This document shows positions 25,348 to 35,372 of a DNA stretch of 64,000 bases, in pieces (position 1 is the stretch's first letter; every line of letters begins with the position of its first letter). This stretch comes from Tannerellaceae bacterium (GTDB lineage: Bacteria > Bacteroidota > Bacteroidia > Bacteroidales > CAMTPD01). The DNA lies in assembly GCA_051660585.1 (NCBI GenBank), contig JBOFPV010000038.1, positions 1,151 to 65,150 of the forward strand. The letters are read 5' to 3'. Both the position numbers and the translations under genes were made by a program. Below the pieces are notes generated by a model. That model was not told the origin of the DNA, searched no databases, and was given only the letters and a program-made list of their open reading frames with translations.

Positions 25348-26868
25348 TTAAGCCTGATGCTCTGGACGCAACAAATCATTCACCGTTTTAACCGGATTGA
25401 ATGTTTCGATTGGCACCTCTACAAACACGGTATTCCAATTCGACATCGCGCCATTCCATAACCCGGGAAGTTCGAGCGCCTTTAGCTCTTGCCCGTCTTT
25501 CGACTTAATGGAAATAAAGCCTGTTGCAGGATCTACAAATTGCAACAAGTCGTATTTTTCGCCTTTATGGTTCTTTACACCGCAAACCAAGTCTACCGGA
25601 TTAAAGTGTGTACCTTGCTCAAACATTGCTTTAGCCTCTGGATTTTCCATATCGATCTGCGAACTTTCAAGGATCTGCAATGAAACAGACTCATCAGGAT
25701 TCACAGCAAAGAATGGTCCGCCTCCGGGCTCACCCACATTGCGCACCATGCCGCATACACGAATAGGACGCATCAATTTGTCTTTGATATAAAGAATCAA
25801 ATCTCCATCTTCCATATTCTTCAAGTCGTGATGACGTACGTTGAGTTCGTTTTGTAAGAAATGTACCATTTCCAACACCTTTTCGTGATCATATTGCCCT
25901 ACTTCAATTGCTGCCAAATACGCGAATATTTGCTCTTGATAAGCAACTAAAATACCTGCCAATAGTTTTTTATAAATAATTGTAGAACCTTTGAGTGCAT
26001 CCGAAACCACATTGTCTATATTTTTAATAAAGATAATGTCTGCATCTAGATCGTTAAGGTTGTGAATCAATGCACCATGTCCTCCGGGACGGAAAACAAG
26101 CTCTCCGTTTTCGCGGAATGGTTCGTTATTAGCATCTACTGCAATCGTATCGGTGTTTGACTTCTGAACACTAAAACCGACATTATAATGCACCGAATAA
26201 CTATTTTCATAGAAGTTCTTCTTTTTATCGAGTAGACTTCTGAATAAAGCCTCGTGTTCTGGAGATACCGTAAAATGAATGTTTACATTTCCTTTGCTAT
26301 TCTTGGCATACAAGGCTCCTTCAGACAAGTGTTCTTCAAATGCAGTACGCGTACGTTGTCCGTAGGTATGAAATTTGAGTAATGCTTTGGGCAATTTTCC
26401 ATAGTTGAGACCTTCAGAAAGAAGTAGCGAAGATACAATCTTTTTGTACTCTCCTTTATTAATTAGCTCAATGACCGATGTGTCATGCTTCTTCAAACAC
26501 ACCTCATTGAGGTCTTTATAAAAAGCAAATCTGTTAATATTATCAAAGAAGTAAACCTCTACCGCAGTGGTCGGTTCACTATACGAAGCAGAAAGAAAAG
26601 AAAAGAGATCTTTGAACATTCTACTTGCAGCACCCGAAGCCGGTACAAACTTTAGTACCTCTTTCTTTTGTTGCAAATAATTGTCCCATGTTTCGATAAA
26701 CTTGGCTCTATCTTGCGATTTCACCTTCAATATTCCTTTGTCGATCGTTGCCGAAGCTTCAATTTTAAGGTAAGGAAATCCTTTTTTAAAGTCGTCGAGC
26801 TGCTGTTCGATTTCAACTTGTGTTAGTCCTTTTGATTTAAGGCTCTCAAGATCTTTCGATGTAAACAT
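25348..26868 (-). CDS. DUF4301 family protein (nucleotidyltransferase-like)
   Basis: FVPASGAASRMFK, FRPGGHGAL, FIKNIDN, GEPGGGP and FNPVKTVNDLLRPEHQ. Confidence 0.85.
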   Translation of the reverse strand: MFTSKDLESLKSKGLTQVEIEQQLDDFKKGFPYLKIEASATIDKGILKVKSQDRAKFIETWDNYLQQKKEVLKFVPASGAASRMFKDLFSFLSASYSEPTTAVEVYFFDNINRFAFYKDLNEVCLKKHDTSVIELINKGEYKKIVSSLLLSEGLNYGKLPKALLKFHTYGQRTRTAFEEHLSEGALYAKNSKGNVNIHFTVSPEHEALFRSLLDKKKNFYENSYSVHYNVGFSVQKSNTDTIAVDANNEPFRENGELVFRPGGHGALIHNLNDLDADIIFIKNIDNVVSDALKGSTIIYKKLLAGILVAYQEQIFAYLAAIEVGQYDHEKVLEMVHFLQNELNVRHHDLKNMEDGDLILYIKDKLMRPIRVCGMVRNVGEPGGGPFFAVNPDESVSLQILESSQIDMENPEAKAMFEQGTHFNPVDLVCGVKNHKGEKYDLLQFVDPATGFISIKSKDGQELKALELPGLWNGAMSNWNTVFVEVPIETFNPVKTVNDLLRPEHQA

Positions 26869-26990
26869 ATTATTTCTGCGTGTTTAATTGACTTTGTGAA
26901 TATTGCAAATTTATCGAAATAAAAATATCAACAGCATAAATTGTCGGATAAAAAAGATAATTTTACAACACGATCAAACCGTTTATTCTT

Positions 26991-29207
26991 ATGGAAGCAG
27001 CTCCCTTTTTTACAACTTCGGAATTGAAAGAGTTTAAAAGCAAGTATCGCAAACTCCTTCACGACGTTTATCCGTATCTCGAACCGGAAGATTTGCCTAA
27101 AACAAAGCAGCTGATCCGACAAATGGTGGATAAAAACTGTTTCAGTCGCGACAGAAATGAAATAAACGGATTACTTCGAAATCTGGATACTGCTCTTATT
27201 GCAACCAGAGAAATCGGGTTGAGAAGAACTCCAATCTTAGCACTTTTATTGTACCGTCCGGTCATGAAAGGGGTCATATCAATCGAACAAGTCGAGAAGA
27301 TGTATGATGCCGATGTTACCCACATCATCAACTGCCTGCTTCGTACATCCGATCTTTATGCTCGCAACGTAGCCATTGATACCGAAAACTTCAGACGCCT
27401 TTTACTCTCTTTTGCAGAAGATATGCGTGTAATTTTAATTATGATTGCCGATCGTCTATGCTTGATGCGACGTGGTAAGCAGATCAAAAGCGAAGAAGAT
27501 CGTGTACAGTTGGCAATGGAAGCATCTTATTTATATGCTCCATTATCTCACCGATTGGGCTTATACAAAATAAAGTCGGAACTCGAAGACCTTACACTAA
27601 AATACACAGACAGAAGCACCTTTGACTATATCAAAAAGAAGCTTAATGAAACTAAAGCTTCTCGCGATAAATACATCCGGGAGTTTATAGCTCCGGTTGA
27701 AGAGAAGTTACGCAAAGCGGGATTAAACTTCGACATCAAAGGTCGTGTAAAATCCATTCACTCTATTTGGAATAAACTAAAGAAACAGAAGGTTGAGTTC
27801 GAATCAATCTATGATCTGTTTGCTATCCGCATTGTCTTAGATACCCCTCTTGATAAGGAACGTTCAGATTGTTGGCAAGTATACTCAATTATCACAGATA
27901 TGTTCCAACCCAATCCGAACCGACTCAAAGATTGGATCTCTATTCCAAAATCAAATGGGTACGAATCGTTGCACATCACCGTGATGGGACCTCAAAACAA
28001 ATGGGTAGAGGTACAGATCAGAACCAAGCGAATGGACGAAATTGCGGAACGTGGTTTTGCGGCTCACTGGAAATACAAAGGAATCAAGAGTGAAAGCGGT
28101 CTCGATGAGTTTATGAATAACGTTCGTGAAGCTCTTGAGAATAAAAACAGCACACCTGCAGACCTGATAAGAGATTTTAAAATGAATCTTTACAGTGATG
28201 AGATTTACGTGTTCACCCCGAAAGGAGAGCTTATCCAATTAAGAAAAGGGGCTACGATTCTCGACTTTGCTTTTGCGATACATACCAAACTGGGAAGTAA
28301 ATGTGTTTCGGCTAAAGTAAACGATCGTAATGTTCCTATCAAATATCAATTGAATAGTGGCGACCAGGTAGACATCATAACCTCTCCGTCTCAAACCCCC
28401 AAACGAGATTGGCTCAACTTTGTAACAACAAGTAAAGCGAAACTTAAGATCAAGCAAGCTCTGCGCGAACAAGCAGCCCAATCTGTTGATATGGCAAAAG
28501 AACTGCTACAGCGTCGCTTCAAAAATCGCAAGATTGATGAAGACGAAAGCATGCTAATGCGCCTTATTAAGAAGAAAGGATTTAAAACTGTTACCGACTT
28601 TTATCTAGATATTGCAGAAGAACGTCTCGACATCAATCATGTGATCGATGAATATCACGAACTAGAAAAACGAGATAAAGAGATGCAAGATCACACAACA
28701 ACACGTAGTGCTAGTGAATACGTAGCACCGACTCCGATAGAGGAAGTATCGGGTAAAGAAGACGTATTGGTAATTGACCGTAACTTGAGTGGTATTGAAT
28801 ATAAATTAGCAAAGTGTTGTACGCCAATCTATGGTGATGAGGTATTTGGCTTTGTATCTACGCAAGGTATTAAAATACACAAGATGGATTGTCCCAACGC
28901 GCGCGAGATGTTTAGCCGTTTTGGATACCGCATCGTAAAAGCCAGATGGTCGGGCAAGTCGAATACAGGTTACCCTGCAACTTTACGTGTTATTGGTAGA
29001 GACGACATCGCTATCGTTACCAACATAACATCGGTTATTTCAAAAGAGAACGGCGTTACGCTTCGCTCCCTCAACATAGACACCGTCGACGGACTGTTCC
29101 AAGGGACGTTTACCGTATTGGTAAAAGACAACGTCTCACTCAATGCACTCGTAAAGAAGATATCAACAGTAAAAGGCGTGAAGCAAATAAGCCGCCTCAA
29201 CTCATAA
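26991..29207 (+). CDS. relA: Long RelA/SpoT homolog, (p)ppGpp synthetase
   Basis: GRVKSIHSI, YDLFAIR, RLKDW..PKSNGYESLH and EVQIRT; TGS (VFTPKG), CC and ACT domains. Confidence 0.92.
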   Translation: MEAAPFFTTSELKEFKSKYRKLLHDVYPYLEPEDLPKTKQLIRQMVDKNCFSRDRNEINGLLRNLDTALIATREIGLRRTPILALLLYRPVMKGVISIEQVEKMYDADVTHIINCLLRTSDLYARNVAIDTENFRRLLLSFAEDMRVILIMIADRLCLMRRGKQIKSEEDRVQLAMEASYLYAPLSHRLGLYKIKSELEDLTLKYTDRSTFDYIKKKLNETKASRDKYIREFIAPVEEKLRKAGLNFDIKGRVKSIHSIWNKLKKQKVEFESIYDLFAIRIVLDTPLDKERSDCWQVYSIITDMFQPNPNRLKDWISIPKSNGYESLHITVMGPQNKWVEVQIRTKRMDEIAERGFAAHWKYKGIKSESGLDEFMNNVREALENKNSTPADLIRDFKMNLYSDEIYVFTPKGELIQLRKGATILDFAFAIHTKLGSKCVSAKVNDRNVPIKYQLNSGDQVDIITSPSQTPKRDWLNFVTTSKAKLKIKQALREQAAQSVDMAKELLQRRFKNRKIDEDESMLMRLIKKKGFKTVTDFYLDIAEERLDINHVIDEYHELEKRDKEMQDHTTTRSASEYVAPTPIEEVSGKEDVLVIDRNLSGIEYKLAKCCTPIYGDEVFGFVSTQGIKIHKMDCPNAREMFSRFGYRIVKARWSGKSNTGYPATLRVIGRDDIAIVTNITSVISKENGVTLRSLNIDTVDGLFQGTFTVLVKDNVSLNALVKKISTVKGVKQISRLNS

Positions 29208-29242
29208 AAAAAGCGGTCACCCATTCAGTTGAGTGACCGCTT
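29206..29242. terminator. Terminator between the convergent relA and cca genes
   Basis: AAAAAAGCGGTCAC...GTGACCGCTT. Confidence 0.75.
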
Positions 29243-29255
29243 GTCTTTTATATGC

Positions 29256-30686
29256 TTATATTACAGGTTCGATGCCAAGCTTTGTGGCAATCTCCACCAT
29301 ATAAAGTTTTGCTTCGTCATAGTCATTGGCAATGATGCCGTCAAGTATCGCATCTTTAATTGCCATTTTGATTTCGCCCACCTGATGACATGGAGGTAGA
29401 CCAAACGTTGCCATAATCTCCTCTCCACTTACCGGAGGTTGGAAGTTACGCACACGGTCTTTCTCTTCAATATCCTTCAGCTTCTGACGTACCAATTGAA
29501 AGTTTCCTAGAAAACGTTTTACTTTCGCCGGATTCTTTGACGTAATATCCGCTTCGCAAAGCATCATTAGATCGTCAATATCCTCGCCGGCATCAAAAAG
29601 TAAACGACGCACAGCAGAATCAGTTACCTCCTCTTCGGCCAAAACAATCGGACGCATATGCAACGAAACCATTTTCTGCACATATTTCATCTTCTCATTG
29701 AGCGGAAGTTTCATACGACGAAAGATTCCAGGGATCATCTTCTCTCCTACAAAATTATGGTTATGGAAAGTCCAACCCAATCGCTTATCGAAACGCTTAG
29801 TAACCGGTTTCGCAATATCGTGAAGGATCGCACTCCAACGCAACCACAAATCATTGGTACGTTTACTCAACTGGTCGAGTACGATTAGGGTATGCGCAAA
29901 ATTCTCCTTATGCCCTACACCATCTTTTGTTTCGGCCCCTTTCAAGGCTTGCATTTCCGGAAAGATAAGCTCCAACAAACCACACTTCTCAAGCAAGCTA
30001 AAGCCTACCGATGGTTTTGGAGAAAGAACTATTTTGTTCAATTCATCTACAATACGCTCTTTTGATACAATTTCGATGCGATGCTTATTGCGTTCGATTG
30101 CATCAAAAATATCGGGATCAATAAAGAAGCCCAACTGTGAGGCAAAACGAATGGCACGCATCATACGCAACGGATCATCACTAAACGTGATATCTGGATC
30201 AAGCGGAGTGCGAATGGTAAGCTCCTCCATATCCTGAATCCCGCCAAACGGATCCACCAATTCTCCAAAGCGAGCTTTGTTGAGACAAATAGCCAATGCA
30301 TTGATGGTAAAGTCGCGACGATTTTGATCATCCGCTAATGTGCCATCTTCGACAATCGGTTTGCGCGAATCGGCACGATACGATTCTTTTCGAGCTCCTA
30401 CAAATTCAAGTTCCGTATCTTTATATTTAACCTGTGCAGTCCCGAAGTTTTTGAATACGGAAAGCTTTGCCGGCTTTCCAAGTTTTTTTGTTACGGTTTC
30501 GGCCAGTGTAATACCGCTTCCTACGGCAACTATATCAATATCTTTCGATCCTCTGTTTAGAAATATATCGCGTACATATCCACCGATCACGTATGTTTCA
30601 AGCCCCAATTCATCCGCAGCTTCCTGCACTACTCTAAAGAGTTTCCCCTCAAGGTGCTTTAAAATATCATCTTGATCTATATACAT
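29256..30686 (-). CDS. cca: CCA-adding tRNA nucleotidyltransferase / poly(A) polymerase family with HD domain
   Basis: GGYVRD..L....[27 protein letters not shown] and LHDIAKP. Confidence 0.88.
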   Translation of the reverse strand: MYIDQDDILKHLEGKLFRVVQEAADELGLETYVIGGYVRDIFLNRGSKDIDIVAVGSGITLAETVTKKLGKPAKLSVFKNFGTAQVKYKDTELEFVGARKESYRADSRKPIVEDGTLADDQNRRDFTINALAICLNKARFGELVDPFGGIQDMEELTIRTPLDPDITFSDDPLRMMRAIRFASQLGFFIDPDIFDAIERNKHRIEIVSKERIVDELNKIVLSPKPSVGFSLLEKCGLLELIFPEMQALKGAETKDGVGHKENFAHTLIVLDQLSKRTNDLWLRWSAILHDIAKPVTKRFDKRLGWTFHNHNFVGEKMIPGIFRRMKLPLNEKMKYVQKMVSLHMRPIVLAEEEVTDSAVRRLLFDAGEDIDDLMMLCEADITSKNPAKVKRFLGNFQLVRQKLKDIEEKDRVRNFQPPVSGEEIMATFGLPPCHQVGEIKMAIKDAILDGIIANDYDEAKLYMVEIATKLGIEPVI

Positions 30687-30802
30687 ATTCTATAAAAATT
30701 TAGATACACAAAGATAGGAAAAGCCAAGCTTAAATGCATGGATTATGCAATAATTCATACATTTGCATAGAAATTGAGAAACTTCGGAAAACAGAATTCA
30801 AT

Positions 30803-31702
30803 ATGAAAAATAGTGTATTATTGGTTGCTTTGCTGCTTGTATTTTCGGCTTGCAACGACAACGAAAAAAATGCGAAAGCAATGCTAACTGAAGCAGAAAC
30901 CCTTTATACCAATGGAGCGTACGCTGAAGCTAAAACAACGATAGATAGTATCAAGTCTTTGTATCCGAAAGAGTTTAATGTACTTCGAGAAGGATTGGCT
31001 CTTTCACGCAAAGTAGAGATCAAAGAGCAAGAGCGCAACATCCAGTATTGCGACAGCCTTATCCCAATCAAGCAACAAGAAGCGGTAAATTTGGCAAAGA
31101 ACTTTACATTTGAGAAGGAGTTAGGTTATGAAGATATCGGCAATTACATATACAAGCAACAAACTGTAGAACGAAACGTAGAGCGTTGCTATATCCGCTC
31201 GGGAGTAGATGAAAACGGAGAAATGTATATAGGAAGCGTCTATTACGGCAAACTACCGATCAAACACATTTCTATCAAGCTAAGCACTAAAGACGGCTTT
31301 TTCGTTGAATCACCTCAAATAGCCTACGACGGAGGAAACAATTTCCGCTTCGACGACGCAGGAATGAAAAGTGAGATTGTCACTTACAAAGGAGAAAAAG
31401 CTCTGGAGATGGCTCAGTTTATTACCGATCATCTAAAAGATCGAATCAAAGTAGAATATGAAGGCGAGAAGCCTTATGTGATCTACCTCTCTGATTTAGA
31501 TAAAAAAGCTATTGCCGCAACCATGCAGCTATCCATTGTTCTTTCTGACATCAACACATTGATAAAGGAAAAGGAAAAAGCAATGAAAAAGATTGAATAC
31601 CTCAACTTCAAGTTGGCCGGTAAAGATACAAATCAAGCAGCAGCTCGCATTGCAGACACAACAAATACAGAAGCCGAAGCAACAACTCCGGTAGTAGAAT
31701 AA
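30803..31702 (+). CDS. Conserved hypothetical lipoprotein
   Basis: ATG 30803 with lipobox FSAC; -7 element TACATTTG at 30758-30765. Confidence 0.75.
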   Translation: MKNSVLLVALLLVFSACNDNEKNAKAMLTEAETLYTNGAYAEAKTTIDSIKSLYPKEFNVLREGLALSRKVEIKEQERNIQYCDSLIPIKQQEAVNLAKNFTFEKELGYEDIGNYIYKQQTVERNVERCYIRSGVDENGEMYIGSVYYGKLPIKHISIKLSTKDGFFVESPQIAYDGGNNFRFDDAGMKSEIVTYKGEKALEMAQFITDHLKDRIKVEYEGEKPYVIYLSDLDKKAIAATMQLSIVLSDINTLIKEKEKAMKKIEYLNFKLAGKDTNQAAARIADTTNTEAEATTPVVE

Positions 31703-31705
31703 AAC

Positions 31706-31772
31706 AAGAATCCCCGGTATCGACAAGCTCAAGAGAAATGAATCTTCTCAGGCTGCGATACCGGGGATTCTT
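31706..31772. terminator. Long hairpin / bidirectional terminator
   Basis: AAGAATCCCCGGTATCG...CGATACCGGGGATTCTT between convergent genes. Confidence 0.75.
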
Positions 31773-31793
31773 TAATTTATATAATCAGACTGA

Positions 31794-32687
31794 TTAATTC
31801 TTCGCCTGATGAACTGTCAATTGAGGGAATGGGAATCCAATACCTTTATCATTGAATGTCTTATAAATATTCTGATTCATTGAAAAGTAAACATCCCAAT
31901 AATCCGGAGCTTTCACCCAACAACGCATTGTTACATTTACCGAACTATCAGCGAGCTGATGCAATGCAATAAAAGGAGCAGGCTCTTTAATAATGCGATT
32001 TTCAGCATCTACCATTTCCTGAAGCACCGACTTTACATATTCATAATTAGTTCCATATTCGATACCAATTACCCAATCTACACGACGGTATTGCTGATGT
32101 GTAAAGTTTGTAATGATACCCGATGATAAAGATCCATTTGGAATGTATACAGTCTTATTATCAAACGTTGTCATAATGGTATGAAAGATCTGAATTTCTT
32201 TCACAGTCCCTATTACACCCTGAAAATCAATTGCATCACCCACACGATAAGGTTTGAAAAGAAGAATGATAAGTCCACCGGCAAAGTTAGACAAGTTGCC
32301 ACTCAACGCCATACCAATACCCACACCGGCAGAAGCTAGCAAAGCAGCAAAAGCTGTAATATCAACACCCAACACACTGATCACTGCAAAGATCAATATA
32401 ATAGTGAGTAAGATATTTATAAAACTGTCGATAAAAGAGCGAACAGAAGCATCTAAATTACGCTTTTCCATCAACTTGCGCATCATCTTAACCACAAGAT
32501 TGATCAAAAACTTACCTGCGATAAATACAAGAATAGCAACTGCGATCTTACCTCCGAGCTTCACCGCAAATTGAGATCCTTCACGTATGATCATCTCTAA
32601 AAACTCTGATAAATCCATTTTCGACACCTTGTGTACTTCTTCTGCGATCTTTTGAGACGCATCAACTTTTGTTGAATCTGAAATCAT
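31794..32687 (-). CDS. mscS: Small-conductance mechanosensitive channel
   Basis: GMALSGNLSNFAGG, KPYRVGD, IPNG and IGFPFPQ. Confidence 0.92.
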   Translation of the reverse strand: MISDSTKVDASQKIAEEVHKVSKMDLSEFLEMIIREGSQFAVKLGGKIAVAILVFIAGKFLINLVVKMMRKLMEKRNLDASVRSFIDSFINILLTIILIFAVISVLGVDITAFAALLASAGVGIGMALSGNLSNFAGGLIILLFKPYRVGDAIDFQGVIGTVKEIQIFHTIMTTFDNKTVYIPNGSLSSGIITNFTHQQYRRVDWVIGIEYGTNYEYVKSVLQEMVDAENRIIKEPAPFIALHQLADSSVNVTMRCWVKAPDYWDVYFSMNQNIYKTFNDKGIGFPFPQLTVHQAKN

Positions 32688-32889
32688 ATAAACTTGGTCA
32701 TTAATTATTACTCAAAAGACAAAGTTAGATAATTTTGAAAATTTCACCGAAATGTTATGCCATGTTTGAATCTTTATTGCACTCTTTAACAGACTTATGC
32801 ATACTTCGTGTTCGAATAAATCCGTAAGTTTGCAACAAACTCTCACCTCTTAATCAACAAGAAACAACAGATCTAAAAAAAGGACATCA

Positions 32890-33711
32890 ATGAAGAAGAT
32901 ACTTTTTACCCTAATTACAATACTTACCTATTGCGGAGTACAGGCACAAACCTACGACCAATGGATCGACAAGTCGTTTCAGCTAATTGAGCAAGATAGT
33001 CTTAGTGCCGCAGCCGAAACGCTAAAACAAGCGATGCGAACAGAGCCTGCCAATCCACGAAACTTTCTTTTGTGGTCGAACCTCGGTACCATTCAGCGCC
33101 GCCTCAACCAAAAAGAAGATGCACTCCAGTCCTATACAGCAGCTTTGTCCATCAATCCGTACTCTACAACTGTACTTCACAATCGTGCAACTCTATATAC
33201 AGAAGTAGATAACATCGATAAAGCCATTGCCGACTATAACCTCATACTCCTTCGCGACTCACTCGATCCGGAAGCACGCTATTGTCGCGGTCTTTTATAC
33301 ATTGAGAAAAAAGACTATTTATCGGCAGAGCAAGACTTCGAACACATGCTCGCAGTCAATGAAAAAAGTGTACGCGGTCGCATGGGCTACGCTACGTTAG
33401 AGAAAATGCGCGGTAACTATGTCGATTCAGAACGCATCTATAACTACCTCCTCTCCGAGTTGCCCAAAGAGAATGCTCTTTATCTGGGCAGAGCAGAGTT
33501 ATTTTATAAGATGAAAAAGAATGGTAGAGCCATGAGCGATATCAACAAGATCTTTAACGAAGGAGAGCCTGATGCATATACCTATGTATTACGAGGAAAA
33601 ATAAAACTAGCACAATTTGAAAAGAAAGATGCAGCAAAAGACTTCGAAACAGCCCTTCAAATGGGTTATGATCCAAAGCGAATCAACGAACTGATGGAGC
33701 TTTGTAAATAA
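32890..33711 (+). CDS. Secreted tetratricopeptide-repeat protein
   Basis: Signal peptide VQAQ; repeated TPR patterns (NLG...ALQSYTAAL, NRA...AIADY, RG...AEQDF). Confidence 0.85.
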   Translation: MKKILFTLITILTYCGVQAQTYDQWIDKSFQLIEQDSLSAAAETLKQAMRTEPANPRNFLLWSNLGTIQRRLNQKEDALQSYTAALSINPYSTTVLHNRATLYTEVDNIDKAIADYNLILLRDSLDPEARYCRGLLYIEKKDYLSAEQDFEHMLAVNEKSVRGRMGYATLEKMRGNYVDSERIYNYLLSELPKENALYLGRAELFYKMKKNGRAMSDINKIFNEGEPDAYTYVLRGKIKLAQFEKKDAAKDFETALQMGYDPKRINELMELCK

Positions 33712-33722
33712 CACCAATAAAC

Positions 33723-33763
33723 AAACCCATTATTACAGCCCTAGAGCGTAATAATGGGTTTTC
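33723..33763. terminator. Terminator between the TPR gene and leuB
   Basis: AAACCCATTATTAC-N11-GTAATAATGGGTTTT. Confidence 0.75.
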
Positions 33764-33830
33764 TGTTTTTATATTAAGACCAAATAAAAGATGCTGATTA
33801 AGTACAGCGGCACAACATAGTTATCTACTA

Positions 33831-34904
33831 TTATAGTGCTTTGATGTAGTTTACCAACCAATCGCCTACAGCTGAAGTAGAATAGGCATTGCCCATGTCG
33901 GCAATATCTTCGGTTACGACACCAGCTGCCATTGAAGCATCTACTGCTTCGCGAATTACGCGTCCTTCTTCCATCATCCCGAAAGCATATTCAAACATCA
34001 ACGCTGCCGACAATACCGTAGCAAGCGGATTCGCGATGTTTTTTCCGGCTGCCTGCGGATATGATCCGTGAATTGGTTCGAACACCGACGTATGAATACC
34101 GATAGAAGCCGAAGGCAACATTCCCAATGAACCTGTAATAACAGAAGCCTCGTCGGTCAGGATATCGCCAAACATATTTTCCGTTACCAACACATCAAAA
34201 CGTTTTGGCCATTGGATCAACTGCATTGCCGCATTGTCAACAAACATATACTCTGTTTCTACGTTAGGATATTGCGGTTCGATCTCTTTTGCAACCTGGC
34301 GCCACAAGCGAGAAGTAGCCAATACGTTGGCCTTATCTACGATAGTGACTTTCTTTTTGCGCTTTTCTGCATACTGGTATGCAAGATGCACAATGCGTTC
34401 GATCTCTGCACGTGTATATACGCATGTATCATAAGCCGTGTTACCGTCTTCGCTGCGGCCTTGCGGGCGGCCAAAGTAAATACCTCCTGTAAGTTCGCGG
34501 ATACACATAAAGTCGGCACCCTCTACCAAGTCGGCACGAAGCGGCGACTTATGAATAAGTGACGCAAACGTTGTAACCGGGCGAATGTTGGCATACAATC
34601 CAAGTTTCTGACGCATCGCCAACAATCCTTGCTCGGGACGTACCTTTGCCGAAGGATCGTTATCGTATTTTGGCGAACCAATCGCACCAAACAATACAGC
34701 GTCGCTTTGCATACACAACGCATGTGTTTCATCGGGATAAGGGTTACCGGTAGCATCAATTGCGCAAGCACCTACCAATCCGGTATGGTATGTCAATTCG
34801 TATCCATACTTATCGCAAATAGCTTTCGTTACTTTTAGTGCTTGATCTACGATTTCGGGACCGATACCATCGCCCGGCAATACTGCTATATTTATCTTTT
34901 TCAT
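33831..34904 (-). CDS. leuB: 3-isopropylmalate dehydrogenase
   Basis: [34 protein letters not shown] and EPIHGSYP. Confidence 0.96.
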   Translation of the reverse strand: MKKINIAVLPGDGIGPEIVDQALKVTKAICDKYGYELTYHTGLVGACAIDATGNPYPDETHALCMQSDAVLFGAIGSPKYDNDPSAKVRPEQGLLAMRQKLGLYANIRPVTTFASLIHKSPLRADLVEGADFMCIRELTGGIYFGRPQGRSEDGNTAYDTCVYTRAEIERIVHLAYQYAEKRKKKVTIVDKANVLATSRLWRQVAKEIEPQYPNVETEYMFVDNAAMQLIQWPKRFDVLVTENMFGDILTDEASVITGSLGMLPSASIGIHTSVFEPIHGSYPQAAGKNIANPLATVLSAALMFEYAFGMMEEGRVIREAVDASMAAGVVTEDIADMGNAYSTSAVGDWLVNYIKAL

Positions 34905-35353
34905 TATTCTTCTCTGTTAAACTTTATATATTTAGCTATGGCCGGCACATAGTTAGGATCTTCCCACAGCGGACTCGTTATCATCAAGTCGGCACTATAT
35001 TGATTGCAAGCAATCGGAATGTTGTGCAAACGGCACTGACGTAGTAGCATTTGAATATCTGCTTCGTGTGGTTGCGCATTGAGGTCGTCGATCAAAAAGA
35101 TAGCCAGATTGATTTGTTTGCGAACCACAAGTGCCGCAATCTCGGCATCACCACCCATCGGACCTGAGTTCATACAAGTGATATCGGTATAGATACCGCG
35201 TTCTTCAAACGCCTTACGGATCAAATGTCCCGTAGTACCGGTACATACCAATTTGTGTTTCGACAACGTGTCGGCATTATACAGTGCCCACTCTACCATG
35301 TCTACCTTGCGCTGATCGTGCGCAACCAAAGCGATTGTCAATTGCTTATTCAT
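34904..35353 (-). CDS. mgsA: Methylglyoxal synthase
   Basis: [29 protein letters not shown] and IPIACN. Confidence 0.92.
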   Translation of the reverse strand: MNKQLTIALVAHDQRKVDMVEWALYNADTLSKHKLVCTGTTGHLIRKAFEERGIYTDITCMNSGPMGGDAEIAALVVRKQINLAIFLIDDLNAQPHEADIQMLLRQCRLHNIPIACNQYSADLMITSPLWEDPNYVPAIAKYIKFNREE

Positions 35354-35372
35354 AATCGTATTCTTTAAAGTA

